64,000 nucleotides of DNA. It comes from Utricularia gibba (taxonomy: Eukaryota > Plantae > Magnoliophyta). The notes beneath the pieces were generated by a model. The model saw nothing but the letters and a program-made list of their open reading frames with translations. It made no database searches and was not told the DNA's origin. A program made the position numbers and the translations under genes. Shown here piece after piece: positions 12,900 to 26,468 of this stretch. Positions within the stretch are counted from its first letter, which is position 1. The number at the start of each line of letters is the position of its first letter. The stretch is from the NCBI GenBank assembly GCA_002189035.1, contig NEEC01000002.1, positions 3,968,001 through 4,032,000 of the forward strand. Reading direction: 5' to 3'.

Positions 12900-15381
12900 A
12901 AAACATCAGTTTCAGAAGGAAGGAATTAAGGTTCATCAGTTTAGGGGCCGACATGTCCCTTCATCCTCGCTCTCAGCTTGGCTTCATTCTCCCGCCCGAT
13001 CCTAGCCCGAATAAGCGCTATTAAGCACTCCCGATCAGCATCAAACCCAAATTTTAGGGCTTGGAACACATCCACGATGACATCCAGCATGTTCTCTTCC
13101 TTCCTCAGGGGATCAGCCCTGTCGAAGCGCAGATCCGTGATCGATAACCCCAAATTTCTGGCTGATTTGGTGCATTTGCCGATATAGAAGTAGGCCGATT
13201 AGATCCCCGGCGTAGATGTCTGATAACTCGGAGAAGCAGGCCGATTTGACAAAATCTTCTAAAAGCCTCCCCCGAGACGCCTCTTGATTAAGCAACTCGG
13301 CTTCGAAGGCCGAAACACGATCCTTGGCTTGCTTCAGCTCTGCGTCCGCCTCCTCAAATCGCACTTTGAAGCTTTCCTTTTCAGAGTTAGCATCATCGAT
13401 CACCTTCCCCATTTCACCGATCAGGTTTTGCAACTCTTCTTCCCGGCGGGTACACTTTCCGAGCATACTTCTCAATGCACTCCCTTCCTCTCTCAATAAC
13501 TTTATCTTGGCATCTTTGGCCGCAACATGGGCTTGAAGCCGAGAAACTACCTCCGAGTGGGATCCCATTTCCTTGGCCATCCCCCATCCAAAGGTCAAAG
13601 CCTAGGAAAAAATCATTAAGTCAGAAACCGACTATAAACGATTCTGAGAAAGAGGTAGAATATCTATCAAATCCCCTTAAGTATGACTTCCGGCTGAACC
13701 CCTGAAACAGGGTTGCCTCCTCTAAGGCTCTTCGAAGCTCTAGGAGGACTGAAGATGGGGAAGAGCGGGATCCTCCCTTATCTGAATTGGAGGAGTAGGA
13801 ATTCTCCCTGTCTCATTCGGGCATGGAGGCATTAGCCAAAAAGAGCCCCGTGCCGAGAATGAGGCCTTCGGCGGGTTTCGGTGAAGGGGAGAGTTTCCCT
13901 TTTCCTTTCTCTGAAGGGGAGGAGGGTCGTCTCCCGAATCCTGGAAACCTCCTACCAGATCCTCCTTCGGGGAATGATCAGCAGCATTTGAGTGAGCCTG
14001 GGGTGAATCGGCCTGAAAGAAAAGTTAAAAAGGTTAGAGTCAGAGATTCATAGCGACGGGTCGCTAAAGCCGAGCAAACTTGTAAAGAAGGAACCACATC
14101 CGACTCCTGCATCCGGCACATCTCGTCGGAAAAGCGCACCATCATCGAGTCCTCCAAAGCACTCCTCCTTGCCATCCTCTTAACTGCACACCAGACCGAA
14201 ACGTATGAAAACAACAGCAAAGATTTTATGGCTAGGAGAACATTACGGGCTACCTTTCCGTTTTTTCGAGGGTTTCTGAGCGCAAACTTTAACCCTCTTC
14301 TTTTTCTTTGTAGCAAAGGGCTGAGTAGAAGATTCTGGAACAGAATCGGTGGGAATGGGAATAACCGGATCAGGAACAGAGGGGGCATCCGGAGTAGGAT
14401 TCGAAGTGGATGGAGATTGGAGAAGGTGCTAGAACTCCAATTCGGATCCCAAGGGAATAACAAAGTCCGGCCAATGACTATCTCAGCTACGCCCTAGAAT
14501 CCTGCAATTTATCAAAGACTCCCAAGAAAGCATTAAGGCTCGGGACTCGAACTTGGCAGTGCATCCACTGAGTTTCTGATCTACCTCCCTACGAGATTCG
14601 TTAAAGGGATGAAAACGACCGAAAAGCTTTACTTTGAAGGGAGTGGGTTTAGTCAGAAAATTCCACCTGGCCCCCGATGGGGGAGCAACCCAAATAAGAG
14701 AAGACCACTAGTTGTGGTGGATATCGGGAGCTTTTAGAATGAAATCAGGGTGATCTTCAAATCAGCAAAATTGGAAGTGGGAAAAACCATGCATTGGGTG
14801 CTTGCTTTACGGACGGCAATTTTGAAAAGTTGAAAAAAAATCCACTAGAGTCATATTCGGATCTAAACCCCCTGAATAGAAGACGAAGGTGGTGAAACAG
14901 AATATCGAGTTAGGGAAAAGACAAAAAAGAGAAACAACAAATATGTTCAAAAACTAGACGATAAGGGGGTGGAGGGCAAAGTGGAGACCACTCTCCAGGT
15001 AAGCTATAGGAATCGGAAGACTGAATCGAGGAAGGGGTTGTTCCCCCATTCCCCAAGGTATCTGGCTGTCCCTAGCCTGACTGACAATACACTCGTTGGG
15101 GATCGAATACTTAGCCCAAATAGCAGGAATGTTCAATTCGCTACTTCCTACCCATCGCAACTGAGGAAATCAGAAAACAGAAGAACTCAGAACGAACGGA
15201 AAAAAGCCCTAGGAGAAAGAGGCCCAAAAAGGAGTACCCGAATCCCCAAAACTGAGTGAAAAAGACAAAGAATAGACTAGTACCTTTGAAGACTTCGATT
15301 TTCAATGAGTTTCACGGCGGCAGATGCGGCAGATGCGGCAGATGAGTCCGATGGAGTTCGAAGAGCACTGGAATCACGCAT
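12900..15381 (-). pseudogene. Antisense multi-exon gene in the Tat 3' region (Transposase_28-like N-terminus, coiled-coil C-terminus)
   Basis: ORF 14954-15160 KYSIP...AYLESGLHFALHPL; coiled-coil ORF 13113-13598; minus-strand TATAAAT ~15426-15432, ATG 15381, donor ~15282. Confidence 0.65.
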
Positions 15382-15655
15382 GCAAACAAAGAAAGCAAAG
15401 GGGAAAAAATGACAGGCTGAGCGCATATTTATAAGAGGGGTATTCGGAAGATGAAACGGCGCATCGTTTGAGGTGACCAAAACAAGCGGGAAAAAACGTG
15501 GAGCGCCCAGGTGGCGACACATGGCATGGAAGTCAGTCTAAATCGGTTTGAGACTCACCCATAGGAAAGCGGCATACTTGAAATCGGTATAGTAGTGATT
15601 CTGATTCACCGACTTGCCCTAAGAAGACCAATATCGGCAAATCAGAGGAGCTGAA

Positions 15656-16101
15656 TGATGGGTACAAATCGGATGTGGTTAATCGGTCCCTAAAAAGCTA
15701 CCAAAAGGTGCTCTGATGAGATAGTGCCGGCCGATAGACCGATATATGTCAGAGATTTGACAGCAACGGCCGTATTGCATAGCTTGAAAAGTAGCCGAAT
15801 TACAGTAGAGTAGGTGGCGATCATCTGAAAAGTAGGATCACAGTATAGGCATAGAAAGCAACTGACATCTACAGAATTCAGGATTCGATCAGATTGGCCT
15901 CTTCTATAAGGAGAAATTCTGAAGAGAAAGGAGTTCAACTCTAAGCCCTCCAACTTGTATCTTTCCCCACCATCTACGTCTAGTGAAGATTTTGACAGCT
16001 CTGTAGTTTTTCCGTTCTCCGAAGGTTTCCACATAAAAATCTTCGCCTATCTTCATCTCTTCTAAATGAACCGAGCGAAACATCAATAATATAACCAAGT
16101 G
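15656..16101 (+). repeat. Tat 3' LTR, right end missing
   Basis: TGATGGGTACAAATC after purine-rich AGAGGAGCTGAA; homology to 5676-6207 stops at CAAGTGT. Confidence 0.85.
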
Positions 16102-17939
16102 TTGGATAATGTGAGTCAATATCCAACAAAAAGAATATTGATTCTACCACCAATCAAGAATATCATAGTTTTCTCCATTATTACATGATAATTTTTGCAT
16201 TTACAAGGCAACCTCATTAGCCTTGATATTATTGGAAGATGTTGGATCTTGTATCACACAAACCATTGGTGGCCACAACTCCATTATAATTGTTATGATA
16301 TTTTTTAAAATCATATTACGTATATTTAAAATATAGCCATATATTCAAAATATTTAACAAATTTTAAAATCGTATTATGTTAATTATCACCTACAACAAT
16401 ATTATTATGATATTTTTTGAAAATTAAAGTAATATTAATTAAAAAAGACAACATTAAATGACTTGTGGAATAATAAATATTAATAACTAATATACTATAT
16501 TTATGAAATATAAGTAAATAAACAAATAAAATATCAATTTTAAGAAAATCATTTTAAAATTTGCAAACAGATAAATCAAAAAATGCATTTCCGAAAAATG
16601 TTTCAATAATATATTATACTACTAGTTTTTAAAATCAACACCAACTTATGAATATTACTAAATAAATTACTAGTTTAAAAAACTTGCAATATGTATTGAA
16701 TATATAAATTTAAAATATGGCATACATTTTAAATGAAAAAAAAAAAGAACCGGTCAAACAGGATTAATCAAACTTTTAAAAATACATATAGTAGTAATAT
16801 TATTAGTTGCATTATCAAGAATAACTAAATATATGATCAAAAATACAATACTTTTTACAAATATTATTAATTAATATTGTAATTCCTCAACTAATATGAG
16901 TATCTCAAGACCTCAAGTTTATAATCATCTTTCAATGTTTCAATTTCAATCAATCAAAATAAGACTAATAACATTACAATTTTAATCATTAATACTACAT
17001 CATCTTGGTTTTAAAGTTCAACAATAATCTAAAACGCATAACATAAACATAAAAAGTAAATAGTTCTCGCGGAAGAACTAAATCAACTCCTAACTAAGAA
17101 TAATGTCATTCATAAATAGAAAAAAGCTTCAAAATATAATTTGGATCATGATTTTGTCTTCCTCGTCCTCCATGATTCTGTTACAACTTCCTACTTACTT
17201 TCTCTACTCCCAGAAGTCTGTTCATGTCGTTCAAGGTGGTTGGAATATTTCCACTCTCTTATTATTTCCGAAATCTTCTTTTTCTTCCACCTTAGGATTT
17301 GGTATCTTCCACTATGCAATTTCGACTCCTTGGGATTTGAGCTGCTAAAATGTGTTACATTGCTCAAGAGAATGATTAGAACTAAGATTAGAACTAAATT
17401 TAGATTTGGGTCTCAGCTATGCTTCTGGATATCAAAGATTAGTTCTAATGTCATGCAGTAACTTTTCATCCTTCGTCTTCTTTATTGGAAAAATCACGAA
17501 AACTCTTGTAATGAGAATTAGAAAATATCTATGAGAGGAAATATTCTTGCTTCTCTCTCCACTCACTCCACTTGACCTGCCTTGTTGCGTACGGTGGCTG
17601 ACTCTCCTCCTTTTTTTCCATCAATCTCTCTTGTCTTCCTTTTGTATGCAGACATACAATTCCCATTTTCCCCATATACTAATAATAACCTTTGCAGACT
17701 TGTAAGATTATGCCGCCTAGCCCAAATGAGACGGATGTGTATGGATTTGGATGAATAGTAAAACCACTTATCCCTCAAACTAAAGGAAAAATGGTTTAAA
17801 ATAGTGTTTTTACCGAAAATAATTTGATCATCACAAATGTCGATATTTTTCTATTTTATTCACATAATTCTATTATTCTAACACTGAAAATAGCACAAAT
17901 GCGATGAAATTTGATGCAACATCAGTAAAATCCATACTT

Positions 17940-19690
17940 GGAACTTGACTGAGTCCCCTTGCAATTAATCTTGGTTTGAGTCATATTTTCTTCTCTTCTA
18001 CAAGGTTTTCATTGATTTTGTAAATCCATTTGCACTTAACAGTTTTCTTATGATTAGGAAGAGGTGAAAGTGTCCAAGTGTTAGTTCCTTAGAAGACAAT
18101 TCATCTCTTTATACATAGCAAACCACCATTTTCAGAATTATCACATGAAATTACCTCATTAAAATCCTTTGGTTCATTATATTTATTAATGTCATCCACA
18201 ATTGTTAAGGCAAATGCAAGAAAATCAGCTTCTACTTACCTATGAGGTGAACGTATATGTCTTGTTGTCCTATTAATAGCAATGGATGCTTCAAGAGGTT
18301 CATCTATTGAAGTCTGATTTTCGGGATCACTCTCATTGGTTGAATGTTATGGAGTTAAGATCTCAACATCCGTTTCAACATTTTGATTTGCACAACTTTC
18401 ACTTCTTCTCAAAACTAGTTCAGCTCTCTTTTCAATAGACACACCATTTGAGATATCATTAACTTTAGTTATCGATACCTCTTCTTTATATTTCTTCAAC
18501 ATAATTTCTTCATTAAAAAGCATATCTCTACTTGTGATTACTCTCTTTAAACTGGACTCAATAATTTGTATCCTTTAACTCCCAACTCAACTCCCAAGAA
18601 AATAAATTTCAAAGCTCTTGGTTTTAATTTTTCTTCATTAATGCTAGCATATGCTAGAGAATTGAATACTTTTGGGTTCTCATAATTTACTAGTTCTCTA
18701 TTCCACATCTCTTGGGGGGTTTTGGCATCAATATCATATGAAGACAACTTGTTTATAATGGTTGTCGCATAAACAGTGCTGTCTCCTCAATATTTTTCAT
18801 ATAATTTACCAGTGAAAACATACATCGAATCTTCTCCATGATTGTTCTATTCATTCATTCTGCATCACCATTCTGTTGAGTTGTTTTTCTATTAGTTTGT
18901 CCCTCAAAATACCATCAGACTTCAAATTTTCAAACTTAGATAAATGAAATTTCAAACTGTTAGTAGTCCTAAACCTCTTTATTTTCATATCAGATTGCCT
19001 CTAAATCATCACTTTCCATTTTTTCAATACATTAATAGCTTCAGGCTTATGTTTAAGAAAGAAAACCCACAATTTTATTGAATAGTCATCAACTATAGTC
19101 ATAAGATATACAATTTCAAAGAATGAAGGCATATCAGTGGATCCTATAAATCTGAGTACATGCATGCCAAGGAATGAGAGCTATTGAGAATTCCTTTATG
19201 AAAGCTAGATCTCTTGTGTTTGCCGCACAATATTCAAAAAAATCTAACTTTCCAATCTTCTGACAATTTAATAGGCCTCTTGAACCCAATTTTGATAGTC
19301 CATGCTCACTGATATGAGCAAGCCTATAATGCCAAAGTCATATGATGAAGTGGTTTGTCTTCAAGATAGTAGCATTGACTTGAAGTCTTTCCACTATAAT
19401 TCCTTTGACCCTCTTCATAAAAACTATAGTACTTTTACTTACCTATACCATATAATTACCTCCAGTAAATTTGTAACCTTTATCTTCAAGAGTGCTTATC
19501 AAAATAAGGCTTTTCTTAATATCAGGAACGTCTTATATCAGTGAGAATTCTTACCCTCCCATCATGTAGTTTTCTACTAGAATTATTTCCCCTAACTATG
19601 GCACCCATTGGATGCTCTTCATAGGTTGAGAACCATTCCCTAAAAGGACAAAGAGATTCTAGATACTATTTCATGTGTTCGCAATGTTTA
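17940..19690 (-). mobile_element. Degenerate Ty1/copia pol fragment (GAG-pre-integrase, integrase, RT start)
   Basis: LWHYRLAHISEHGL; KTPQEMWN...KLKPRALKFIFLG..GVKGYKL; EPKDFNE. Confidence 0.8.
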
Positions 19691-22587
19691 GATTCTTGTC
19701 ATTGTTAATACATGAAGCATTATCTTAAAATTATTATTTTTATTCTTACACATTTTTTTGTTATGTTAGTATATTTACCTTGCAAAAATGTATTGCAATT
19801 TTGGTTTAATCATTTTCCAATTTAAATTGACTTTGGGGTTATCAAATTCGGAAGAATGAATTATTTGAATACAAATACAATTCCATGAACATATTTTTAG
19901 TGGATGACTCGTCATATAAAAAGATTCTAAACACAGTTAGTGACTTAAATTATTTTTTGAATTCTTTATTTTCAATTTTTTTCAATAAACCTCTCTAATT
20001 TAATTTTTTTAGGCTAATAATGCAACTTTCCTTATATCATGAAATTGTTCTAAAAGCATAGAAAATTTGCTTGTTCCTTATAATATGTTCCATTTGTTCC
20101 TTCAAGGTGTTCTACATGCAAATGATGTGGAATATTGTATCAATGAATTATAATTTGGTCTAAAACTGATTGATGAGACTAATCTACATTAGCAAATATA
20201 CAAGCAATTGAACGCTGTATGTATTAAATAATGTTATTTTAAAAAAAAAATTAGTTATCAATTTTAGACTTTTGATTACATATATTCATGTTAAATGATT
20301 TATATTTTATGTTTTAAACATGTTTTTACTCTAAATTGAAGTAAAAAATAATTTATTTTGTATGTAAAAATGGTTTTGAAAAATAATTAAAATCACGTAT
20401 TACAATGAAATTGATAATATTTTTTTATTTTTGATATTAAATTGTTACCATTATACAACTTTCTTTTCGTAATATTTACTTATCAGCTATTTTCTACACA
20501 TGTTCATCACCACTTGAAAGTAACTGAAAATGTTTTAAATTTTTTAGTAATTTAGTTTTTTTATCTTATAAGTACCCATAATTATGTTCATTAAAATACC
20601 ATTTATTTATCTGAAAATTATGAATTAATAAATAATAATAATGATTGTGGATATTTCAAAATAATTTGGATATTTTCAATCATCCATAATAATAGTAATT
20701 TTAGTTGTGGAATCATAAAAATTAAGTACTAAGTAAAATAAAGTAATTTATTTTTTTTGAAATATGCTATATGTAATTTTTAAATTTTTTCTTCATTTTT
20801 CAAATATACTCAAGCGCAATATAGTTAAAAACAATTTTTTATAATTTTCTTGTTTCAAATTTTTTAAAAAAAAAATCAAAATACAAATATCTCATTCTGT
20901 AAAAGAAATAAATTTTCAATTATATATATAGTAAAATATTCAAAAAATTAATAAGCTATGGTAATTTACAAATAACGTTGCCTGACAATGCCTGACTTGC
21001 ACAATCGGTTTCCTACATGTTGGTTCGGACCATTCCTCTTCACTAGGTGGTTCATTAGCATGTAAGTTCATGTTATGTGTCTACCTTTGTTTCCCATGGT
21101 TGTCCCATTCCTCCGTGAGTAGTATATATGTCTCGGATTAGGATTGTATTCATTACATATGTTTGTTTGTCGATAACTCCATCGATCTTCTCTTTCCCAT
21201 CTTGGAGGAGGGGTTCGCTTCTTGCACCGAAAATCAACAAAAAAGCTAGTTTTAAATCAATATGGAAAACTGATTTTAGATTTATGTTCCAATTTATTAA
21301 GACTCATCCATATGAATCTGTAAACCTTGAATACTAATTCATTTGGACAAATTATGAAAATGTTATTATAAAATAGTGCTATTTAATAATCATTATATTA
21401 CCGTCATACGTTTAATGAAATTATAAAATCAACCATTCCATCATAGTTATTTCATATTTTATGATAACCTATGTTTATCCACATTTGATCTTAACTCCTA
21501 CATTTTACATCCTCACAAACACTAGATCGAATGTGTTTTACCAATAATTAAATCCTTTTTTTTAGGTACTTAAGATCAATCTGAAATTATTTCACACTTT
21601 TTTAAGATTCTATGGTACTAAATAACATGTTGAAGAAAAAGTATTTCAAAAAAAAAAATCAAACATCGAATTAAATATTGATGCATAATAAAAAAATCAT
21701 AAATCCTTAGGTGCAACTACGTACAAGGGCATACTCACTCTAATATAAGAAAACTGATGAAAAACAAAAGGAAGCAAAACCAACAAATGTTGGATTCAAT
21801 TCTAAACTCCTAAACTAAGCCAAAGACTTCCCAACTCCCAACAGCTTATTGCTCATACCCTTATATAGGAGTGAAGATTTGATGGGCGTATATTAAATCT
21901 TATATTCGAATTTTTTAATATAAGGTCCAAATCTTCTAAAATTAATTAATCTTATCTTATCCGAAAATATTTCACTAAATTTTCATTCGGATAATCCAAA
22001 TCTTTGATTGTATGAAGACCACCTAATTTCCTTTAATTTACATCAAAATCATCGTGAAAATTCATAAAACAACTTTTCCTCTAATTAATTATTAATGATG
22101 GTATGATATATAAGATATCTCATAAGGTGTAGTCGGGGAGGGTAGGGGATGAAATTTCATAAGTGCATGTGTTATGCTATAATTTACGCGGGTGTTTATG
22201 GGAGTGAAGTGCGAAATTCTATACTTCACATATTATATTCAGTATGTATATTTTAATTTATTGAAAAAATTACGTTTAATAATGCTGTAAAAATAAATAA
22301 TTATTTAAATGTATAATTTTTTTTATAAGAAATATATTTCTAAAATATAATTTTTATCAATTATTAAAAAAATTATATTATGAAATTATATTTTATAAAT
22401 ACCCTTTTATATATCAATTTAAATATATAATTAATAAAAATAATTATTTTTTTAAAAAAAGGTGAGATATTCTGTAAATACTTGTAAAATAGGGCTGTTA
22501 TGCCAAGAAATAGGCCCTTTTTGCCATGATAATTTTTTGTTTTGAATTTTGATTATGAGTTGATCAAAAAGGTTGGGTTGTGCTTGA

Positions 22588-24580
22588 TCAGAGGGAAACC
22601 TTGACATGGCTTCTTCTAAGCCACAGCTGATACATAACCAGATGAAAGGCATCGTAGTCCAGTGGCGAATTATACCATGAAAAATGCTTCTGCACCTTCA
22701 TCACGTTCCTCTGCATCTGCAAGTACTCGCCGGACGCCACCATTCCCCTAAGCACTTTCTTCATCTTTGGAATATCTGCAGACGTGAGCACTACGGAGAA
22801 ACTGTACCAGTTCAGAATATCAGAGAAGGGGAGCTCGTAGTAATCGGCCACAACCACCGGAACACACCCATAGTATATCGCATCCGCTGCTCTCCCCGTG
22901 TTCACTTCGTAACCCTTCGCATGAATGCAGAATTTACTGCTCATTAGCGCTTCGGAGTAGGGGTTTTGAGACGCGATCTGTGGACGGAGATGTCGCCGTC
23001 GTGTTCCCATGTATCAACGAGGAATTTGCGGACGGGAGAGTTCATTGCTCCGGCATAGAATGCTAGGGTTTTCCTGTAAAATCGATTTCGATTAGAAATT
23101 GCGGTAAAAGGGAAGGTACGAATCGAGAGAGGAGTCAACCTCTTTGAAGGCAACTTCATCGGAGGACGCCCTTTCCGCGGCCAGATCTGGGGAATTGGTG
23201 CATCTTTATGAGGAATGTACCCAGGAACGAAGTAGCTAGAGGAGCACACGGCTTGGATTGCGTTAAGCTTCACGTCAACGGCTTTTTCCATGGCCGTTCT
23301 CCCGACTGAATGGCAAACGACGTAGAAATGATCAGCGCCAGCGGTACGGTTCCAGTAAGGGTACCGGTGACTGATTTCGGCGATGTAGTCACGAACGAAT
23401 TTCTTGATTCCGCCGACACCGATTCGAGGGTCATTTCGCATTGCGGTAATTGAGAACGGCAGGTAGAAGAGATTCGCTTCCGATGGGTCGTCGGTGATGA
23501 AATGGCTTCTGAAGAGGGATCGCTTGAAATAACTCTCGCTGGCGTAGTTCCCCGTCGGCTCCGGCACCACCGGCAGGAAGACGGCAGCGAAGGGGTCGTT
23601 TTTCTTGCGAGGGTACGCAAATATTCTGAGGCTTTGTTCATTTCCTTGTAGTACTCCAAGAAGACTTCCCTATCGTGATAAACGTCGTTGTTTGCTCCGC
23701 TGAACGGCACTCTTTCCTCCGTTTCATTCATTCCGAGGATCACTTCACAGGGTTTGTTCTTCAAAAAAAAAAAAGAAAAAGAAGTGTAGTGTACCGTAGC
23801 ATAATTATTTTGAGTTTTCCCAAGAAAAAACAGAGAAAACCGAACATTTACTTGGCCATCGTTTTCCCATCCAAAGGCCACCTCTTCGTCGTCAGGGGAA
23901 CGAGAAGACTTTGGACCGCCGTCGGATAGGTCGTCGTTGTGCCCTTGAAACCGCACCTTCTCCTGCGCTTCTTTCGCATTGGGCATCACCTGACGATGTA
24001 GTAAAGGAACTGTCGAAGTGGGATACAAATAACAAAAGAACCGAGTACCGAATGGAGAAAATCAAATTACTGAATCGGTGAACACACATGTGATTACTGT
24101 AAAACCCCATGGAAAAATCAACGGACGTGATTGTGACACTCAAGACTTCAGTCACTACCCTTCAATATTGGTTCTACGTAAGCCAACAAAATCAAACTTC
24201 CAATAAAGGAAACAAGACAATAACGCCATACTAAATCAATGGTCAGTACTGAGAACAAGGCATTGACATGTCTCCAAGGTGCACGCACCTTCTTCTCCTC
24301 CCCATGTACAACACTAGTTCACCAAAACAAGTTGTTACCTCAGATTCCGGTGGCGAAGCTGCGGCTGCCGTCAACCTCCGATTATCCCAAGGCTTCACTT
24401 CCTCCACCACTGCTGGGTCATCCAAAGGAAGCACGGAGAAATTCATCCTAAATTCTGTTACATGAACAGGGAGCAATCCAACCTCTGTCTGCAGCTCCGA
24501 CGTGTAAGATATGTAGGAGAGAAGGAACATGGAGGAAGCAACGGCGGTTAGAACCCCAACAAGAAGGGGAACCGGCACGA
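22588..24580 (-). CDS. Exostosin/GT47 glycosyltransferase; two apparent -1 frameshifts, 5' exon structure uncertain
   Basis: GNYASESYFK...ANLFYLPFS...GADHFYVVCH; SKFCIHAKGYEVNTGRAADAIYYGCVPVVVAD; in-frame intron ~23077-23141; single-base deficits at 23633-23635 and 22960-22963. Confidence 0.85.
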
Positions 24581-25768
24581 TAACGGCACCATGGCCGATG
24601 CAGCGTGACTGATGACTACTCTCTCGGAGCAGGTGGAGAAGAAGCTCAGGACATGATTTTTTTTCAAATATCTATGGCTCTTGTAGTTGACAAATCGTCT
24701 ATATATAGGGCTTTGAAGACTCTATGCACAAGTCCGTACTAAAATCCTTTACCAAGCTGCGAAACTAGTCATGGAACTCAACGTCGTTATTATTGCGTAA
24801 ATAAAGTATGTAATTACAATCCGATATTATCTAAAATAGAATAGAATTTGGAGTCAGAAGGATGAATGGAAAGATTATTCAAGTGCTGTTCATTATGATA
24901 AATCCAACGATTTGTTGTGTGTTAGCTGGGGACAAAAGGCATATAGGTAGGTATATATACCAGCAATATACCCTCGCCTCCCCTCCCCTCCCTTCCCCTC
25001 CCTATATGCGATGCGATGCGATGATGAAGTTGCATTATGCAAGGAAAGTAGCGGCACTACAGTTAGTTTCATCCCACTGGTCTAAGACCTCATGGGGCCG
25101 CGCGGCTATGTAGAGGTAATGAATAACGGGAATGCAATGGAGGCAGATTAACGCCTTGTCAAGAAACACACAACCAGATCGGTGTATTACAAGTATAATT
25201 ATCCTGATACTATTTATAGATTTAGGGTAAACAATAATAACGCTAGTTATAAAAAATTCAATTTTCAACGAGGGTAACTAAAAAATATGACAAGTAGATG
25301 AAAAAGTAAAAAAGTATTGTTGTTTGTACGTCGGGGTAGATTGCGAGTTTAGTCGCATAAGTTAGGTATTATGTATGTATGGGCAAATGACATTATACCT
25401 TTCTATCCTAAATTTCTATAATTTAGAAAATATATGTTAGGTATACATAATGTTACAGGTTGAAGGATATTTAACGTTTTTAATTAATTTTCAGTTATAC
25501 GTAGTGGTTTAAGGATTTATATAACACTACGATACCATCATTGAATACAAGTGCGATGGAACTATTATATGTTATATTTTATAAAAACAACATAGGGGTG
25601 CAAATTATATATTACCCACACCCATATTAATATAAGAAAAAGTATACGGCATATGTTAGGTATAATCGATGCCCATAGGTTATTTGGGTATATTATGATT
25701 TTTCAATTTGTGGCTCATTTCATTTTCATTTTAAATTACTTTTTTTTTTATGAAACATAAATTTAGAA

Positions 25769-25788
25769 TATATATATATATATATATA
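25769..25788. repeat. (TA)10 microsatellite
   Basis: Read directly from the sequence. Confidence 0.9.
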
Positions 25789-26290
25789 GATGTGGATTAA
25801 CAAATAATATTTGTTAAATGCCATTTTATTTCTTTTTGTCTCCTTCTATATTAAATATAATTAAAGTTATCTAATTAGAATCTTATAAAAGAAATTATAA
25901 GTTTTACTTTATATTAAGGAAATTATCTTAATGTTATGCTTTATTTAATGTTTTATTGAATTCAATTATATTAATTTTTGAAAAAACATTTCCTTAATTT
26001 TCGGAAGAACACAAGATATTAGTAATGACTACTGATGTGCAGGATACGATAATGGTTGACAGAAGTAGTAATGATTACGTTGTAGTGTCAAAGTATCATT
26101 TAGATTCTTTATGAGATATGCAAAAACAATAGCAGAATTTATGGACTCAACAAGCATAGACGAATGACAACTTTCTTTTTTTAGTTTTTAGTTAAAACCT
26201 TTAATTCACATCTCTCTAGACTATTCTCTACCTTTTGTCTAGTTTACATTAAACTTGATGTTTTGTATGATCGTTTATTGCTAAACCTTT

Positions 26291-26468
26291 CGTTTCTTGA
26301 TTGTGATACTTCTCCTTCTATCTTTAGTGAATAATTCTCCATCTTTTCTCTAAATTTCATGGGGTTTCGCATATCTTGTCGTTTCTTGATTGTGATACTT
26401 CTCCTTCTATCTTTAGTGAATAATTCTCCATCTTTTCTCTAAATTTCATGGGGTTTCGCATATCTTGT
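26291..26468 (+). repeat. Perfect 89-bp tandem duplication
   Basis: 26291-26379 is identical to 26380-26468. Confidence 0.9.

Larger units (their letters stand above)
6640..16101 (+). mobile_element. Tat/Retand-like Ty3/gypsy element, 5'-truncated, with a truncated 3' LTR
   Basis: gag-PR-RT-RH-aRH-INT order, long 3' region with antisense ORFs, then LTR at 15656. Confidence 0.9.

Noticed and set aside
16300-17800. Possible LTR or gene upstream of the first copia fragment
   Set aside because: No recognisable termini, protein motif or partner copy
25270-25720. Possible small non-autonomous DNA transposon
   Set aside because: Only short GGGTAA/TTACCC end similarity and no convincing TSD
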